Translations under genes and position numbers: made by a program
In this document: one piece after another, positions 60,262-64,000 of the stretch
How the letters are laid out: each line of letters begins with the position of its first letter
Position numbering within the stretch: position 1 is the stretch's first letter
NCBI GenBank assembly: GCA_965655095.1
Contig: OZ296649.1
Location: 112,406,001-112,470,000 of the forward strand
Length of the DNA: 64,000 bases
Direction of reading: 5' to 3'
Source of the DNA: Haplodiscus bocki
Lineage: Eukaryota
The notes under the pieces: generated by a model
The model's input: the letters and a program-made list of their open reading frames with translations, nothing else
What the model was told of the DNA's origin: nothing
The model's database searches: none

Positions 60262-62200
60262 TTTTTATTCGGAGTTTAAGACAGCGAGTATTTGATTGCC
60301 CCCAAAATGGAAAATTTCCGGCAAGTCAAGAAATGCTATTGTTAGGATGAACGGAATTTTAAAAATTTGTTCAATTTTTCATTACCTGATAATGTTTTAC
60401 TTCAAAAACTTTAGCGAGTCACGTTCTCTGGGCCATGGATATGTGAATGTGCAACACATCCAACCTAAACTCTACTTTAGGGGGAAAAAGTTTCACCCCT
60501 AGTGCAAGCAATAAAGTTATAAGGGTTCCCTCGAATCTAACAATTTCTTGCAGAGAAATCATGAAAAACGCAGTTCTGTCGCTGAGAAGATTTAGCGCAG
60601 TTGAGTCCAATCGTGCTGGTTTGCTATCCCATCGCTAGTCAACAAAGGAGAATTTTTATACTAAACCTAATTAAAACTTTCACAAATGGCAAGAAAACAC
60701 CGCCTATTTCAATGCATATTTTTGCCAGTAGCCTTTGCCGGACTGCAACAGCAGATGAGCGCATTCGTTTCATATTAAAAATCAGTTTTGCAGCACCTAT
60801 TTGCAACTGTGAAGCCACCGTCAAAATTCCTTTTTTTTCTCAAAAATGCTCGGATCACCAAATAAGAAAAACACATTGATTGTTTTTGTTACGTCTCCAC
60901 GGAATTGGAATCATCCGTGGCTCTGGATTTGAACGTATGGAAGCAAGACTTGACCAGTGCTCGAAATAGTCACAACACCAGAAAATCTGAGCTGGTTTCG
61001 ACAACCGAAAAAGTTACAGACTTCACCTTGAACAGTGCGATAAACAGCGGACGCCTTTTGGCCTCACTTTACAAATCTTTAGTCACATTCAGACCAGCAT
61101 TCCAGGTTAAAAAGCTAAATTGAACCAGTCATATTAAAAAAAATAGAAACATCAGCCTCTCTCTGAAGAACAATAGAGATTATATTACTATTTAAAAAAT
61201 AGCCGAATTATATTGCTGTCTGTTTGTTTTGCCAGAAAAAATCGGATACTTTGCAGACCTAGAGTTAGAGTCTTGGAGAAAGGTGAGAAAATTGATAAAA
61301 CCTCTACAACAAAAATCACGGTAGACTGTTTTTGCCAGAGAGTTTAGCAGAACGCTCGTGAAAGAAGCGTTTAAAAACAAAAAAACATTGGTTTGTAAGA
61401 ATTGAAGGTCTTCATATTTTTGATGCAACTTTCTAATATTTCAAAAACCTAACTTTCTTGATATAACACAAACCTTTGACCAATTGATTTTGTCTGATTT
61501 TTAAGGTTTTTTCGGAGAAGTTACTTCAAAGAAGACTTTTAACTGAAACGAAAGACTGTCTATAATATTCTGTCTTGGTGGTTATGCCAATCCTTGCTTT
61601 GGGCCACTTAAGAAGCTATGCGACAACTCACAAGATCGTATTTGGACGAAATATGTCTTATAAGGCCACACTTAGTCGTATTAAAAAAGTTTTTTGAAAG
61701 AAAAACTTATGGATTTCTTACATCAATTTCGGCTTGGTTCCCTATAGATCAGCACTTATATACGTTAGTGCAAAATTTTGGTTTTCTGAAGACCTAAATT
61801 CTCTACGACTAAAGACTGAAATTTGACCCAACTCATGCAAAAGGGCCGGAAAATCAGGATTTTCAAGCTTTTTTTCACAAAACATTAGGAAAAAATCTTA
61901 GCGCTTCGTTGACTTGATGACGCAAATTTTGAGGTTTTCGAAAAAGTAGTCTGCAGAAAACAAGATCCAAAGTTAACGAAGCTGAAAATAAGTAGCTGAA
62001 AACGCCCGGAGATTCAAGATGATGTTTATTTTGCGAAAAAACAGTGCCTTTTTAACAAAACCAACGGTGAGTTTTTAATGGGAGGAGTGTTCTTGATGTG
62101 CATTTAGAAAATTTCAGTGATTGGTGATTTGCAGAGATGGTCTATAGGATACGAAAACAATTTTGTACATCACTTTGGCGAAAAAGTATAGAGAAAGAAT

Positions 62201-62279
<79 letters not shown>
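62201..62279 (+). repeat. (GAAA)n-(GA)n microsatellite
   Basis: Directly visible; explains the poly-ER ORF 62163-62354. Confidence 0.97.
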
Positions 62280-62281
<2 letters not shown>

Positions 62282-64000
62282 GGAGCTACTTTTTCAGTCT
62301 ACTTTGCAGGAAGCACCAGTGGGTGACATTCTCACCAAAATATTTCAAAAGTGAAACCGATTCCAGAATGGGAGTCAAAATTGCAGCTTCTTCATATCGT
62401 TACCATAGAAGGATTTTTTGAAACCAAGAAAAGTGTTATCTCGACTTCTCGATGAACAAACCCATCTTACAATATTTTTGTTACATTTTGTCTTATGAAA
62501 TTCTGCAGCCCAACCTGAGTAAGTTAACGTTTAAAAAATTGGTTGATACTTTCAGGTCCAAAAAATATTGAAGGGGGCTTTTTATCTGAGCAACCTTATC
62601 AGAAGGTGCAAATTTTGAACGACTAGTTGAATGATTGCAACACAGGTGCGAAAATAAAATCCTATAGCCAGCGAAACAAGTTCTGCCAATTTTTTGACAT
62701 TTCGGATCAACACTAACCATTTTGGAGCCGGGAAAAAGCTGACAAAAACTATAAGTGTTTTCCGTAATTACCGATACTAAAAAACAGCTCAGTAAAAAAA
62801 ACGTGAAAATTTCAACATTTTTCCAAAAAAACGTTTTCTTTATTGCAGAAAGCCGTAAAAATTTCCCCGGAAAATTAATTTGTGTTAAGTGCGAGGGTTT
62901 TTCTGAGAACCATATGGAGCATACACATAACAGGTTAAAAGAAGGCTCTTCTTTGTCTCAGGGAGTAAATTAATTTTTAGAAAAACTGAGGATCAAAAAC
63001 AAACAGCAGCAGCACTTGCGCTGGATCTCATTTGATGAAATTGTAGCTGAAAGGCTATTTTGGGCTGGCGAAAAAAGTCATGGCTGTGAAAATCAATTAG
63101 TTCAAAGTCAAGCTGAGATTTGAGCTCAAAAATGACTTTTTCAGGATTTCTGAGAGAAAACCTCAGACACCAACAAGTTCCATTTAATTTAGCTAGTTCG
63201 GCAGTCACTAGATGACTTAGAAGGCAAATGGGCAAACCTACTCCAAACTCAGAAAAATAGCTTCTTTTACTACTCAAAAAACACCAGAGAGTTTACTTTT
63301 TGAATCGATTTTTAATATTTTTTGCTTGAACGAAAGATTTATAATATCGTTTTTCCTTTCACTGCTCTTGCGGCCCAAAAAAAAATTCAGGGGCAAACGA
63401 ACGGAAATCGAAAATCAAATTGTTCTTGGTTTACAGAAACACATCGAAAAATTTTAAAGAAAAACAACTTTGGAACAACTAGCTGTATTTAGCTAATTTT
63501 TTTTTGTGTGTTATCAATTCCCACAGGTGACAACATTGTTGATAAGGATTTTGATCTTGTAATAAAAAGTTATTAGTCAATCTGAATTATTCGACTGCAT
63601 CAGAAAAATAATTAAAGCTTTATAGACACCGAATATAGCTCCAAAATATATACTGTCTTTTTACTCTTTCTGCAGTTCATGTTGCAATACTGTATTATTG
63701 CCTCAAAAAAATGATACTGGAACCAGAAACTATTAATAATGTGACCAATTTCAAATTACTGGAAGCTGCTTTTTAGACGGACGCTTTCAATTTTGGAACA
63801 AATCCTCAAAATTACTAGTTTCGTAATGATTTAGACTCCACTAGTAAACCACGGAATCAATCGTGAGCCGGAAACGCGGAAGTTGCGAAAAATACAGCGA
63901 AAACGATTTGATTTTGCACACCGAGTTATTGTTCACAAAAGATAATAAAACTTGTGCATAATTTCTTGTTAGTTTTCTCTCGGTCTTTTTCTGGCCACAA

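Noticed and set aside
59942-60350. Two near-identical ORFs on opposite strands (MKAF.HR.QRTHF...)
   Set aside because: An artefact of the 60076-60261 palindrome, not duplicated genes.
62163-62354. Poly-ER ORF; likewise the PTY-repeat ORF at 58098-58331
   Set aside because: These are translations of microsatellites.

Overview
AT-rich eukaryotic (invertebrate animal) genomic DNA with no rRNA, tRNA or CRISPR features. The only intact gene I can support is a PTK7/off-track-type receptor pseudo-tyrosine-kinase on the minus strand. I reconstructed 14 coding exons by hand (ATG 43595 to TGA 15094). All introns are GT-AG and phase-compatible, and the CDS sums to 3810 nt (1269 aa): signal peptide, 7 Ig domains, TM helix and a kinase lacking DFG. 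Its most unusual feature is a symmetric 357-nt exon inserting a 119-aa acidic, low-complexity segment bracketed by dibasic sites at the Ig5/Ig6 junction. Other oddities are Ig1 and Ig3 without the canonical disulfide, a uORF ending 1 nt before the start codon, and a kinase domain with an intact Gly-rich loop. The rest is decayed mobile DNA: a Polinton/Maverick-type protein-primed PolB fossil with a Vsr-like insert (about 100-3652), several LINE remnants, a Helentron/HINE-like family in the introns, a 186-bp near-perfect palindrome, and microsatellites. Most short ORFs in the track are spurious or TE debris. All homology calls come from motif recognition, not database searches.
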